From: Heterodontus francisci
Lineage: Eukaryota
DNA length: 64,000 nucleotides
Reading direction: 5' to 3'
Assembly: GCF_036365525.1 (NCBI RefSeq)
Contig: NC_090393.1
Coordinates: 54,762,488-54,826,487 of the forward strand
Shown here: in pieces, positions 36,351-49,149 of the stretch
How positions within the stretch are numbered: the stretch's first letter is position 1
How the letters are laid out: each line of letters starts with the position of its first letter
Made by a program: the position numbers and the translations under genes
The notes under the pieces: generated by a model
The model's input: the letters and a program-made list of their open reading frames with translations, nothing else
Database searches by the model: none
Told to the model about the DNA's origin: nothing

Positions 36351-39300
36351 TATCAATTGGAAACTTGATTGTTGGGATCCAAATCTGACACCAAGTACAA
36401 AGAAATTAAAAGAACCAGGTCTCTTGTATAATAAGGTACAATCTATACCATTGTTATGGTTGTAACAGCGTTTTTGGGAAAACAGAATGTTTCCCTGAGT
36501 GACTTGATAACTTTAGCTAAGAACAAACTAAAAGAATTGGCAGCGAAATTGGGGTTGAAATTGAAATCAGGTGCCAAGAAAGGAGAAATAATTGACATAA
36601 TAGCCGAACATCTGGAATTAGTAGAAGAAGATGATGATGATAATGCAGCTGAAGGGCAATACGATGAACAACAAGGTAGTAGGTCCGAGAGTGATGCAGT
36701 GAAATTGGCTAGGATTCAGTTAGAAACAAAAAAAACTTGTGGCAGAAAAAGAATTAAGAAAACCTGAACTGGAAAAAGAGGAAAGGGAAAAAGAAAAAGC
36801 AATAGCATTAAGAAAATTTGAACTTCAGAGAGAGAGTGAAAGAGAAGAGAGGGAATTTAAATTAAAAGAAATGGAAGTAAGACAAAAGAATAGTCTTGAA
36901 TCCAGGGAAAATTCAGGTCAGGAAGAATCTGAATTTAGATCAGGACCCAGTGAGAAGGTGTTCAAATTTATATAGGCTCTTCCTAAGTTCGAGGAAAGGG
37001 ATGTCGAGGAATTTTTCATATCTTTTGAAAAAATAGCCAAACAGATGAAATGGCCGAAAGAAAGCTGGACATTGCTCATGCAATGCAGGCTGGTAGGCAG
37101 AGCTCATGAAGCTTATGCCATGCTTTCTGAAGAGGCTTCTGCAGATTATGAGATGGCAAAAAAGGCTAGTCTCGCTGCGTATGAGTTGGTCCCTGAAGCT
37201 TACCATCAGAAGTTTGGGAACTTACAGAAATTGAATTTAGAATTTGAGAGGGTGAAGCAAATGAATTTTGACCATTGCATACGGGCATTAACGATATAAA
37301 CCACATATGAGAGCCTTGGAGAATTGATTCTCTTAGAAGAGTTTAAAAACTCCATTCCTTCAGTCGTGAGAACTCATATAGATGACCTGAAAGTTTTGAA
37401 AGCTAGGCAAGCAGCAGAGATTGCTGATGATTCTGAGCTGGTGAATAAGCCAACCGATTTTGTCCATCACCCCCATAAACCCGAGAAGGATCGAAAGTGG
37501 GAGAGTGAAAGAAAGGCAAGTAGACGGGGACAAGAAGGAACAGCTGGGAATGCCCCAGGATCACCTCCTCAGGTCAGAAAGGAAGGTGCTGATGGTAGAA
37601 GTGAGGTTCACAATATGTTATAATTGCAACAACACAGGTCATCTTCGTTCAGAGAGGTGGAAATTGCGAGGTAAACCCATAGGAATTGTTGGGGGACGCA
37701 AAGTTAGTGCAGAGGAAAAGACTCCCTGACTGAGAGTATAGAAGACCAGGCTACAGCTTTAGTGACAGCTGTGAATGTGAAACCAGATACGAAAACTAAG
37801 AGGAATGTAGATGCTAAGAATAAAATATCCGAGAGTTATAATGATTTTTGTCAAAGGGGAGAGTAACTCCATATCCGTAAGTGAGGCAGGAAATCCTACC
37901 ATTATACTCAGGGATACAAGAGCGACCCAAACACTCTTGCTGGGGAAAGATGTGAGGTTTTCACCAGAGAGCGCCTCGAATACTAAAGTTTCAATAAATG
38001 GAATTGGCGGGGTGTGTATACCGTGTATAAAGTATGCCTAGAGAGTGACTTAATAACTGGGGTAGAAACTGTAGGTGTTATCCAGAGTTTACTAGTGAAA
38101 GGAATTGATTTACTCTTAGGAAATTATTTGGCTGGATCAAAAATATCAGTTTCTCCTATAGATATAGAAGAACTAAGTGAAATTAAGGAAATAGAGCATT
38201 TACAGGAGCGAGTTCCAGGAATATTTCCTGCGTGTGTAGTTACCCGAGCAATGGCTAAAGAGGATCCATTGTTGCAGGTAAAAGGGCACAACAAATAGAT
38301 AATCAGACATCTGAAACCTTAATTGAGGATTTAGATAATCCAAATTAGATGCTTAACAGATCATCTATCATTGCAGCACAGCAAGCTGATCCAGAGATCT
38401 ACCAAATAGCACAGACGGCTCTGTCAGAAGCTGAGGTGAAAGGAGTTCTGAAAGGCTATTATATGGCCAACGGGGTTTTGTGGAGGAAATGGAGACCGCC
38501 TCATAGACCTGCTAACGAAGACTGGACAGTTGTTGAACAGATAGTGGTACCATCTAAATATCGTCAAGGATTATTAAGGTTAACACACGACATTCCCTTT
38601 TCAGGACATAGTGGAATTCAGAAGCCCAAATCACACATAAGCAAACATTATTACTGGCCAGGTTTAACAAAGGATGTGAGACAATTTTGTAAGGCATGCC
38701 ACACCTGTCAAACGGTGGGAAAACCACACCTACCATAAAAGCAGGGGATGAAGTATTAGTGTTGTTGCCATTACAGGGAGAACTATTAAAAGCACGGTTC
38801 AGTGGCCCAGAGAGTGATCAAAAGAGTGGGTAAGGTAGATTACTTGATTGACACCCCTGATCGCTGGAAGAAGAACCAGTTGTGTCACATTAATATGCTC
38901 AAACAATATTACCGCAGGGAGGGGGATAAGCCAATACAGGTATGTCAGGTAATCAGAACTGTGGAGAAGGAAAAGGATAATGAGGATGAGGCAGAATTAA
39001 GCCCAGAAAATTCTCAGATTGAACCTCCAACTGTCAGATTAACGAACACAGAATGGTTAGGAAAATGAGACAAAACATGAGACAAATGAGACAAATGAGG
39101 CAAAACAACGAGAAGCCCTAACCAGGGTTTTCACAATGTTTAAAAGAGTTTGTAGGGAAAAGCTGAGATGTACAACCTTAGCCACACATGGTGTGGATAT
39201 AGGGGCACTGTTCCTTTAAAACAACATCCTTACCACCAGACAAACAGCCCCAAGTGAAAGCAGAGATCCAGTACATGCTGGAAAACAATTTGATTGAACC

Positions 39301-40367
39301 TAGTCAGAGTAGCTGGAGTTCCCCAGTATTCTAGAACGTAAACCTGATGGGGCAACACGATTTTGTATAGATTATAGGAAAGTTAATGCTGTAACAAAGG
39401 TAGACTCCTCCCCAATTCCACGTTTAGATGACTGCATCAACAGAGTAGGCAGCGCTCAGTTTCGTACCAAGATTGACTTGTTAAAGGGGTACTGGCAAGT
39501 TCCTTTGACTCCTCGAGCCAAAGAGATATCAGCTTTTATAACACCTGACGGTCTTTATCAGTGCCGGGTGATGCCATTCGGGCTAAAAAAATGCCCCAGC
39601 CACTTTTCAAAGATTAATGAATCAGGTAGTAGCCAGGGTTCCCAACTGTGTAGTATATCTCAATGATGTACCAATATATAGTAACATTTGGCGAGAACAC
39701 TTAAGCCAATTAAAACTTTTGTTTAAAAGGTTATGAGCTGCAGACTTAGTGGTAAATTTGGGAAAAAGTGAATTTGGAAAGGCAAGTGTAACTAACCTTG
39801 GACACATTGTGGGGCAAGGTCAGGCATTACCAAAAATGACAAAGGTGCAAGCCTTAATGGAGTTCTGTATCCCTAAATCTAAACGGGAAATGATGAGATT
39901 TTTAGGGATGTGTGGGTTTTATGGGAAATTTGTATGAAACTTTAGTACTGTGGCTGCTCCATTTACCGACTTGTTACAAAAAAGAAAAACAAAGTGGTAT
40001 GGTCAGATGAATGACAGGCAGCTTTTGAAAAGCTAAAGGCAATCCTAATTAATGAACCAGTGTTGGCTGCTCCAAATTTCACTAAACACTTTAAATTAGC
40101 AATCGATGCTAGTGACCTGGGGGTTGGTGACGTCCTACTGCAAAATGATGAATCCGGCATAGAGAAACCTGTAGGGTATTTTTCTGGAAAACTAAATTGT
40201 CATCAGAAAAATTATTCCAATGTGGGGAAAGAAACATTGGGACTCTTACTAGCTCTCCAACATTTTGAGGTAAATGTCCACCAGGATTATAAGGAGATAT
40301 TAACATACACTGACCATGACCCATTAACATTTGTGGAAAAGTTTAAGAATTGAAATACTAGAATCTT

Positions 40368-40462
40368 CAATAAAAACAAGAAATGCTGGAAATACTCAAC
40401 AGGTCTGGCAGCATCTGTGGAGAGAGAAGCAGAGTTAACGTTTCAGGTCTGTGACCCTTCTT
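40368..40462 (-). mobile_element. 95-bp Penelope terminal fragment inserted in Gypsy RNase H, 7-bp TSD GAATCTT
   Basis: TSD at 40361-40367 and 40463-40469; removing the insert restores N-T-R-I-F-R-W-S-L-L-L-Q. Confidence 0.88.
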
Positions 40463-41404
40463 GAATCTTTAGATGGAGTCTGTTGTTACAGCCCTATCAT
40501 CTGAGGGTTGTACACATTTCAGGGAAAAATAATGTTGTCGCCAATGTTTTGTCGCTGATTTAACTATGTGGGTGGTGATGAGAATGCTGTAAATTATTAG
40601 TAGAGTATATCTGTAAATTCGGGGGAAAGAATTGTTTTCATTTTTTCAATTTGTATTTTTTTTTACCCATTGTAATGAAACACATTTCAGGAATGGCGTT
40701 TCATTCCACTAGTGGCAGAGGTGTCATGGTCCTGTAGTTTATTTTCAGGAATATGTGGTTTGCCTTTAAGTTTGGCAAAGCATCAGCATTGCTTTAGGAA
40801 CCAGCAAGCCTCAGGAGTTATAGGAAGGGGCATTTTCGTTGCCTTAAAAACAGCCATTTGGAGACTGCAATTGAAAGGATGCATTCTTGTTACCATAGAT
40901 ACGGCCACTTGGAGTAAATATTAAGCGATACATTTGTTACAATTCAATTTTGAACTGGCCTTTTAGTTGAAGACAGTTTGTTCTAACAGAACAGAGACAC
41001 AGAGGACACACACAGACAGACAGCTGTGATGTTTAGCCCTTGAAAAAGAGCTCTCAACCATTTAAACTGAAGGAATAGGATTTTAGACTGTCAATTATTA
41101 TCTCTCAAAATTTTTTAAAAGTCAAGCCAAAAGAGAGAGCACTGGTAATTTAAACTGAAGGAAGGGAAGTTAGACTGTGACAATCTTTTATCCCTCTATA
41201 AACTTTAAAGTCAGATTGATTCTATTCAAAGTGTTCGTAAGTTGCTAATTGCTGAAATCCATCACGGAAGAAGGAAAGCATCACCGACTGCTGGAGTTAG
41301 ATTATGGACTGTTCAACTGTGGAAGAACTTTTTTTGACATCAGACGGCTTTGAGGACTTCAAACAACATGCTGTGAAGACTTCACAGTCACAGTGCCTAA
41401 ACAA

Positions 41405-43050
41405 CACCACGTCCCTTCCTCTCTCTCCTCCTTTAAGTGACACCAGAAAACCGACCTCTGATGAATCATTAGGTTCCTGTTCTTCTTCTGTGGTGCGCCA
41501 TTACATTTTGTTAGATTATGTTCATATGAAGCAGCTTGGGTTGTTTTACTATCTTAAAGTACTCTGTAAATTCAAGAGGTTGTTATTTTAGTAGTAGTTC
41601 CGTAGTTGTGATTTCTGATACATTGCTTGCCAATCTATAAATCTAGTTCTCAGCTCATCTTCGTTTTGCTAACTCAATGAATATGACGAGAATATAGACT
41701 AAATGGGAGTGTTGACAGCTATCTCCCTTGAAAATTCATCTCATGTGAAGCTCACAGGCTCAATGTGCCACACAGTGAGCTGGATTTTGTGCTTGCTTTA
41801 AAGGCGGGTTCTTTGGCGGCTTGGGGGTGGCGGCGGAGATACAGCACTGGGTCGACGCCACAGAACCCAATGCCGTAATGTCAAGTTCCGATTTTCTCGG
41901 AGGTGGCGAAGTTCTGTGGCAGCACCTCCACCACTCTGTGATGGCACTATACTTTAAATATGTTAAATTCCGTTTTGCATTACTTGGAATGTAATTTATT
42001 GCAATCCTACCTGCCACTCGCAATCTTCTGCATGAGATGCGACACTCGCATGTCTTCATTTTCCCGTCTTTGAAAAGCTGGCATCACCGAGACTGGAGTC
42101 CTCCGTGTTTGCGAACGTTAGGTAAGTTATTCGATGTTATCCTGTTGAATTTGTTTTAATATTGAACATTGCCACCAAGGTCAATCTGCAGATATGAGTG
42201 GAGGTTGAAATTCTGCAAGTGGATTCTTTTGGCGGAGGAAGGGGAACTTTCCAAGTGGATAGAGCTGTGGGCAGGAACTGGGGGAATTCTGCAATTGGAT
42301 ACTGTTGGGGGGGGGGGGGGGTTGGGGGGAAGGGCGATCTCTGCAAGTGGATACTGTTGTGGATGGGGGGGGCGGGAGAGGGAAACTCTGCAAGTGGAAA
42401 CACTGGGCAGAACTCAGAAACTGTATGGGTTGCATTTTTGGGGGTCCAATGCAAGCAACTCAAATGGCATTACTATGGTCATGATGGCTTGCACTTATTT
42501 TAATGTTGTGAGGGTAACATCAAACCATACCATAGAGCTCATGCTGGAATGCTGCAGGACCAGAAATTCAGACAAATCTCTGCTCAGATAAGTGTACTTC
42601 ACCTTTTTATGGAATCTGAAGTTACAAGGAGGGTACAGATGGGTATGATTCACCTTATTTTCCTGGATCCCTTGCTCTGATGAGGCATCTTCACTGGAGG
42701 CAGGCCCGAGAGGCAGGTATGACTCAAGAAGAAGTTCCTAGATGTGAGCAGCATCAGCCACCAAGGCAAAGAGGAGCCCAGATATGCCAAGATGACATGT
42801 CTGCAGATGTCAGAGTGCCAGTGCCAGAGATGACTGTGGATGGCCAGAGATCCTGTCACACACCTCTGTGCATTGCTGAATAATGATTTGCAATCAAGGG
42901 GTTTTGGTGGGCACCCTATGCCTGTGGTCCTCAAAATTACTGTGGCCCTAAACTGTTATACTTCAGGATCATTCCAGGGATCCACCAGTGACATGTGTGG
43001 GGTCTCTCAATCTGCAGTGCACTGCTGCATCTTCAGTAGGGATGGCGATT
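41405..43050. repeat. Third, more diverged paralogue (copy C) of the L2-end/Harbinger-start segment (3100-4700; 33010-34610)
   Basis: Shared strings such as TATGTTCATATGAA.CAG.TTGGG, GCAGCTCATC, TGTGAAGCTCACAGGCT and AAGGCGGGTTCTTTGGCG in the same order. Confidence 0.85.
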
Positions 43051-46000
43051 AGGTCCACTACAGGAATGCTGATCAGGATGCCCCTTGGCTTGGGATGACT
43101 TTAGCAGTTGTCTTCTGGGTGTCTGAGGCCTGGAGGGCCCCAGCTGCCTAAAGGTTTCCTGCACCAGTGCAGGACTGTCCTCAGGTATTGCAGCTGCTGG
43201 AACTGGACTCACGGGTGGAGGGGCTCAAGAGCCCGTGTCCACACTTGAATCACCCTGAGGCGAGACCACAGACATGGAGCGAAGCCTCTCCTCCTCCCTT
43301 TCAAGACTTGTTGGAATCTCACTGCTCTCTGCAGATGGACTAGGAGTGTGAACACTCTCCATGCTCCTGGTCCTTCTCTTGCCCTGCCTTTGCTACATTG
43401 AAGTAATGGCCAAGGCGAGGGTTTGCAGGTCATGTTGCAACTGTGCAATGTGGCTCTCCATAAGGGTTGCCAACCTCTCAATGGATGAAGCCATGCACTC
43501 TCATGCCTGGGACATGGCAGCAGTCATGGCATGGATGGATTCCTCCATTGTCTGCTGATGGCTGGACATCTCTGCCAGATGCTGCAACTCCAGCATGCCC
43601 TGTGCTGTCAACACCAGAGGCTCATCATCAGTCTGGGGTTCAGCATGGGTCTGGACACCCACAGTCCTCCAACTGTCAGAAGCCTTGGCTGTTTCAGTTT
43701 CAGTCAGCTGATTGGTTGTATATGTGATGCTATCACCAGCTTGTGACGCTGATTCTAATGTCAATTGGATATCCAGCAAGGTTTTTAAATTTTTGTTTAT
43801 TCATTCATGGGATGTGGGCGTTGGTGGCTGGGCCAGCATTTATTGTCCATCCATAATTGCCTTTGAGAAGGTGGTGGTGAGCTGCCTTCTTGAACCACTG
43901 CAGTCCATGTGAGGTAGTGTACCCACAGTGCTGTAAGGAAGGGAGTTCCAGGATTTTGACATAGCAACAGTGAAGGAACAGTGACAGAGTTCCAGGTCAG
44001 GATGGTGTGTGGCTTGGAGGGGAACTTGCAGGTGGTGGTGTTCCCTTGCATTTGCTGCCCTTGTCCTTCTAGTTGGTAGAGGTCACAGGTTTGGAAGCTG
44101 CTGTCTAAGGAACCTTGGTGCGTTGCTGCAGTGCATCTTGTAAATGGTACACACTGCAGCCACTGTGCATCGGTGGTGGAGGGAGTGAATGTTTGTAGAT
44201 GGGGTGCCAATCAAGCAGGTTGCTTTGTCCTGTTTGGTGTCGAGCTTGTTAAGTGTTGTTGGAGCTGCACTCATCCAGGCAAGTGCAGAGTATTCCATCA
44301 CATTCCTGACTTGTGCCTTGTAGATGGTAGACAGGCTTTGGGAAGTCAGGAGGTGAGTTACTCGCCGCAGGATTCCTAGCCACTGACTTGCTCTTGTAGC
44401 CACGGTATTTATATGGCTACTCCAGTTCAGTTTCTGGTCAATGGTAACCCCCAGGATGTTGATAGTGGGGGATTCAGCGATGGTAATGCCATTGAACGTC
44501 AAGGGGAGATGGTGAGATACTCTCTTTTTGGAAATTGTCATTGCCTAGCACTTGTGTGGCATGAATGTTACTTGCCACTTATCAGCCCAAGCCTGGATAT
44601 TGGCCAGGTCTTGCTGCATTTCTACACGGACTGCTTCAGTACCTGAGGAGTCACGAATGGTGCTGTATATTGTGCAATCATCAGCGAACATCCCCACTTC
44701 TGACCTTATGATTAAAGGAAGATCAATGATGAAGCAGCTGAAGATGGTTGGGCCTATGACACTACCCTGAGGATCTCCTGCAGTGATGTCCTGGAGCTGA
44801 GATGATTGACCTCCAACAACCACAAGCATCTTCCTTTGCACTAGGTATGACTCCAACCAGCGGAGAGTTTCCCCCCTGATTCCCATTGACTCCAGTTTTG
44901 CTATGGCTCCTTGATGCCATACTCGGTCAAATGCTGCCTTGATATCAAGGGCAGTCACTCTCACCTCACCACTTGAGTTCAGCTCTTTTGTCCATGTTTG
45001 AACCAAGGCGGTAATGAGGTCAGGGGCTGAGTGGCCCTGGAGGAAACCAAACTGAGTGTCACTGAGCAGGTTAAAGCTAAGCAAGTGCTGCTTGATAGCA
45101 TGGTCGAAGACACCTTCCATCACTTTACTGATGATTGCGAGTAGACTGATGGGGCAGTTATTGGCTGGGTTGGACTTGTCCTACTTTTTGTGTACAGGAC
45201 ATATCTGGGCAATTTTACACATTGCAGGGTAGATGCCAGTGTTGTAGCTGTACTGCAACAGCTTGGCTAGGGGTGCGACTAGTTCTGGAAGCACTATTGC
45301 CGGAATATTGTCAGGGCCCATAGCCTTTGCAGTATCCAGTGCCTTCAGTCACTTCTTGATATCACGTGGATTGAATTGAATTGGCTGAAGTCTGGCATCT
45401 GCAAGGTGAGAGTATCTGCACTGGTGGAAGCTGTAGGAGTGTCATGGGATGGTGTAACCTTGAAGTGCTTTCCATCCTCAGAGATTGTTGTTGTTTTCTC
45501 AATGTCTACAAGCATTTGCGAGTGCCACCCTGCAAGATGCAATGTGAAGAACAGACATTTAGATGCATAGCATTTCTACATAAAATGTAATTTCTGTTTA
45601 TTCTGTGTTAGTCAATAATCACTCTCTTCAATTGGGACCCTGAATTCAATGTCTGATATGGCACGTGCTCCTTGCTGCTTCTCCCAGCTAACTTGAGCAC
45701 ATCCTCTTTGGCTGCTGGTCAGGAACCCTGCCATTGGTCCTGGTCGTATTCCTGCTTTCATGGACACTTTTCTCCAGAAAGATCAAGGATGCAGTTACTG
45801 TTAAGTTCCAAATATCTCCCACAAAACACCAATGCTAACATTGGCCCCTCTTCTGCACTTGGGGAAAGTCGCTGCTCTCATACTGACTCTATCTGTCATG
45901 GATCTCACATAGGCCAAGATAGAAATGAAGGAGACTGGTCTCACTTATGCAGTCAATAATCTGCTATCATTATGCTCTGAGTTTCCTACCTTTAGAATGG

Positions 46001-46576
46001 CTGTGCCAAGCAGTCTATCTGGAACCACGCAACTTGTCAGAGCATAGGAGGTCATTGGCTTTCTTCCTACACTGGGCCCAGTTACGATGGCTGACCCTAC
46101 GGCTGCTCGCATCTGCGATCTCCGTCCAGGCTTGTTTGGTCAGGCAGGATGACCTCTTCTTGCCATTGCTGGGGAAGAGGACCTGGTGCCTTTCCCTTGC
46201 AGCCTGGAGGAGAATCCACAAGGAGGCATCACTGTATCATGGAGCTACCCTTGCCCTTATCTCTGCCATGTTAGTAATGATTCCCGTGCTGAGATGCAAA
46301 CTGACAACAACCTAATATTGAATGCAAGGACAGTAATTGCAGGGCTGGCAGCCTTTTAAAAATGACACCAGCGCCTGATGCAACATCAGGTGACGCAACT
46401 CACAGCGTCACTAATGCCTCCCACGCCACGTGTTTGGGAGGGCAAGTCCGCCATTATGATGGTCATTTGCTGCCCGCTGTGTAATTATGGCGGAGATGCC
46501 GCGAACGGCACATGCGGGCCGACCGACAGTTTTGTGCACCCGCCACATCCCGTCGGCGCGATAACAAAATCCAGCT
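41777..46576. mobile_element. Internally deleted Harbinger transposon with both TIRs (transposase 5' part on +, Myb/SANT gene on -)
   Basis: 13-bp perfect inverted repeat AGCTGGATTTTGT (41778-41790) / ACAAAATCCAGCT (46564-46576), with AGT on both outer sides. Myb-like TKQAWTEIA...RNWAQCRKKANDL (46015-46221). Confidence 0.78.
43791..45400 (-). mobile_element. 5'-truncated non-LTR retrotransposon (CR1-superclade-like RT) nested in Harbinger
   Basis: QFGFLQGHS, ALDIKAAFDRVWH, GDPQGSVIGPTIF, MFADDCT, YKAQVRNVMEY; (ATGA)n tail. Confidence 0.88.
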
Positions 46577-46859
46577 AGTATTGAGCTAAGCAGACCAGAA
46601 AACATCCAATTCGTGCTTTAACCTGTGACCTTGTAGCAGCTGTTCTCAGTTTTAAGGTAGTGGACAGATCAGCATCAGCCAGTCTGGTCGCTCCAGACTA
46701 CAAACGTCCTCTGGAAAGTGCATGGAGAGCTCACCCTCAGGTGCAGCTGGGTCTGGGCTGCATTTGCTCCTATCCGGATCCAATAGCCTTCCCATTTTTA
46801 AGTTTCAGTTCCTGTGTAAAGAATAATTGTGCAGTTAAGATGTTAGACCTTTCTGAGCG

Positions 46860-48500
46860 CCCATAGATTCATACAGCATCGAAAGACCCATTGAGTCTGT
46901 CGTGTTTGTGTCGGCTCTTTGAAAGAGCTGTCCAAATAGTCCCATTCTTCTTCTCTTTCTCCAAAGTCCTCCAATTGATTTTCCTTTCCAAGTATAAATC
47001 CTTTCCCTTTTGAAAGTAAATCTGCTCGATCATCCTTTCAAGCAATGTTTTCCAGATTGTAAGAAATTCATTCCATAATTTTTCACCTGCTCCATTAATA
47101 ACCACCACGTAAGGAAGTAAAGGAGGGAATAGTAGGGACAGGCATATGACCACCTACAAAAATAAACAAAAGCTGAAATTATTACTGGGTGACAATATTT
47201 TGTGCTCAATTTCCAGCCACATCATAAAAGGATACAGCACAAAAGGAGGCTAATTGGCCTCTCGTGCTCTTTGAAAGAACTATCCACTTGGTCACACTTC
47301 ACTGCTGGATGGCCATAACACGCAAAATGTTTCTGTTTCTAGTATTTATGCAAATCCCTTTTGAAGGTTATCAATAAGTCTCTCTCCAATGCCCTTTCAG
47401 GCAATGCATTCCAGATTAACACACAATTCACTGTGTATTTCTTCCTCATGTCACCTCTGATTCTTCTGCCAATTGCCTAAATATGTGTCCTCTGGATACC
47501 GACCATTTTGCTACAAGAAACAGGTTTTCCTTAATAACGCTAAGAAAATCCTTCAAGATTTTGTCAGCTCCATTTTGTCTTCTCTTAAGCTCCTCTGGTC
47601 TAAGGAAATCAATCCCAGTTTATCCAAATTCTCTAAGTAACTGAAGTCTTTCGTCCCGGTTAACCTTCTCGTGAATCTGCTCTGCACCTCACCACCCCCA
47701 TCCCTCCAAAGGCCTTGACAGCCATGAAAACGTGTGGTGGCCAAAACTGGCCACAGTACTCTTTCTGGGCACGAATCAATGTTTCATAAATGTTTACTGT
47801 AACTTTCTTGCTTTTGTACTCTATGCCTCTATTAATACCAAGAATCCTGTAAGCTTTTTTTAACAGCCTTTTCCAATTGTCCTGTCACTTTCAAACACTT
47901 GTGTATGTACATTCCTTGGTATCTCTATCCCTACACCTCTTTAAAATTTGTACCATTTCATTTATATTGTCTCTCCTAATTCTTCTTACCAAATCTGCCA
48001 TGTCTGCCCATTTCAGCAGTCTGCTTATTCCTCCTAAATTTTCTTACTATCCTCTTCATTGGTTACTACATTTCTGACTTTTGTGTCATCTACAAACTTT
48101 AAAATTACGCCCTGCATTCCCAAGTCCAGGCTATTAATAAATACCCAGAAAGGTGGCGGTCACAACCACTCCTGAGGGTACCACTGCACCCTTCCCTCCA
48201 GTCTAAAAAAGCTACTGTTCACCATTAGCCTCTGCTTTCTGTTACTTATCCGATATGATATCCACACAGCCACTGTCCCTTTAATCTCATGGGGTTTAAT
48301 GTTGCTAACAAGTCTATTATCTCTCACCTTATCAAATGCCCTTTGAAAGTCCATATACATAGCATTAACCGCACAACCGTTACCCGCATCTCCATCAAAT
48401 ATTTCACCAAGTAACTCAACCAAGTGAAAAACTTTTTGCCTTTAACAAGGACTTTCCGGCTTTCATTTATTCACGTATGTTTCCAAGCGCTGATTAAGTG
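46860..48500 (-). mobile_element. Degenerate CR1 LINE fragments
   Basis: MYMDFQRAFDKV, LDKLGLISLDQRSLRED motifs; CR1-like 3' ends. Confidence 0.7.
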
Positions 48501-49149
48501 AACCTAACAAGTCTTCACCTGCAAAGTTTGGGAGAAATGCATGAATTAATGAAAAATGTTATAATGTCAGAGAAACAGGTTAAATCAATCAAATTTACCA
48601 ACCTGAACAAGGAAAATACAAATGAGGAACCAGTGTTTTGCACATTATCCGCCTCAATCATTACAAGAATTATGGTGCACAAGCCTGGTTGTACTGGTTC
48701 CCGGTTAATTTTCCATAACTCATCTCTCCCTCCAGAGATTCACCCCCTCTAATATTTTCCGCTTTGAGGGACAGCCCACACCGTCACGTCATTTTGGGGA
48801 GGGTGGGGTGGGGTGGGGCGGCCATGAGCCGCTGCGCTAAATATCCCGGTGGCTCCGCGACGTGCGGCCTGCCCGGGCAGGCTGCCGGCGTTGGGAGTAT
48901 AAACTTCAGCCCACGTGTTGGCCTCCATCACGCAGAATACATGAATACAGTGTAAAGGTATTTATCCTGACCTGTATCGTTAAATTGTTTACCTATTATT
49001 TTATACACTATCCTATAATTTGGACTTAAAACGATTACATGGTTAAAACATTTTGCCACCGTTCTCAGTAATAAAGGCATTGTTAACTTGCCAGTTATGA
49101 TGGATAGCGGTCATGCAGCGGTTGACCAATTAACATAACGGAGGCAAGG

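Larger units (their letters stand above)
30405..38733. repeat. Segmental duplication copy B (paralogous to 1-8784)
   Basis: See copy A. Confidence 0.95.
35023..41385 (+). mobile_element. Gmr1-like Ty3/Gypsy LTR retrotransposon, copy B (5' LTR 35023-35992; gag 36456-~37730; PR-INT-RT-RH ~37850-40560; 3' LTR 40722-~41385, truncated)
   Basis: Protease ILRDTRATQTLL; integrase Zn finger (HDIPFSGHSG...CKACHTCQ) and C-terminal CHINMLKQY; then RT (KQHPY, FCIDYGKVN, LKGYWQVPL, MPFGLK) and RNase H (FKLAIDASDLGVG, YTDHDPL). Purine-rich tract before the 3' LTR. Many stops and frameshifts. Confidence 0.93.

Noticed and set aside
36456-37730. Possible host SCAN-domain zinc-finger gene
   Set aside because: Lies between LTRs and upstream of PR/INT/RT, is frameshifted, and has no C2H2 array.
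41389-41395. CACAGTG heptamer beside the LTR truncation breakpoint (possible RAG-mediated rearrangement)
   Set aside because: No nonamer at 12- or 23-nt spacing; several heptamers are expected by chance in 64 kb.
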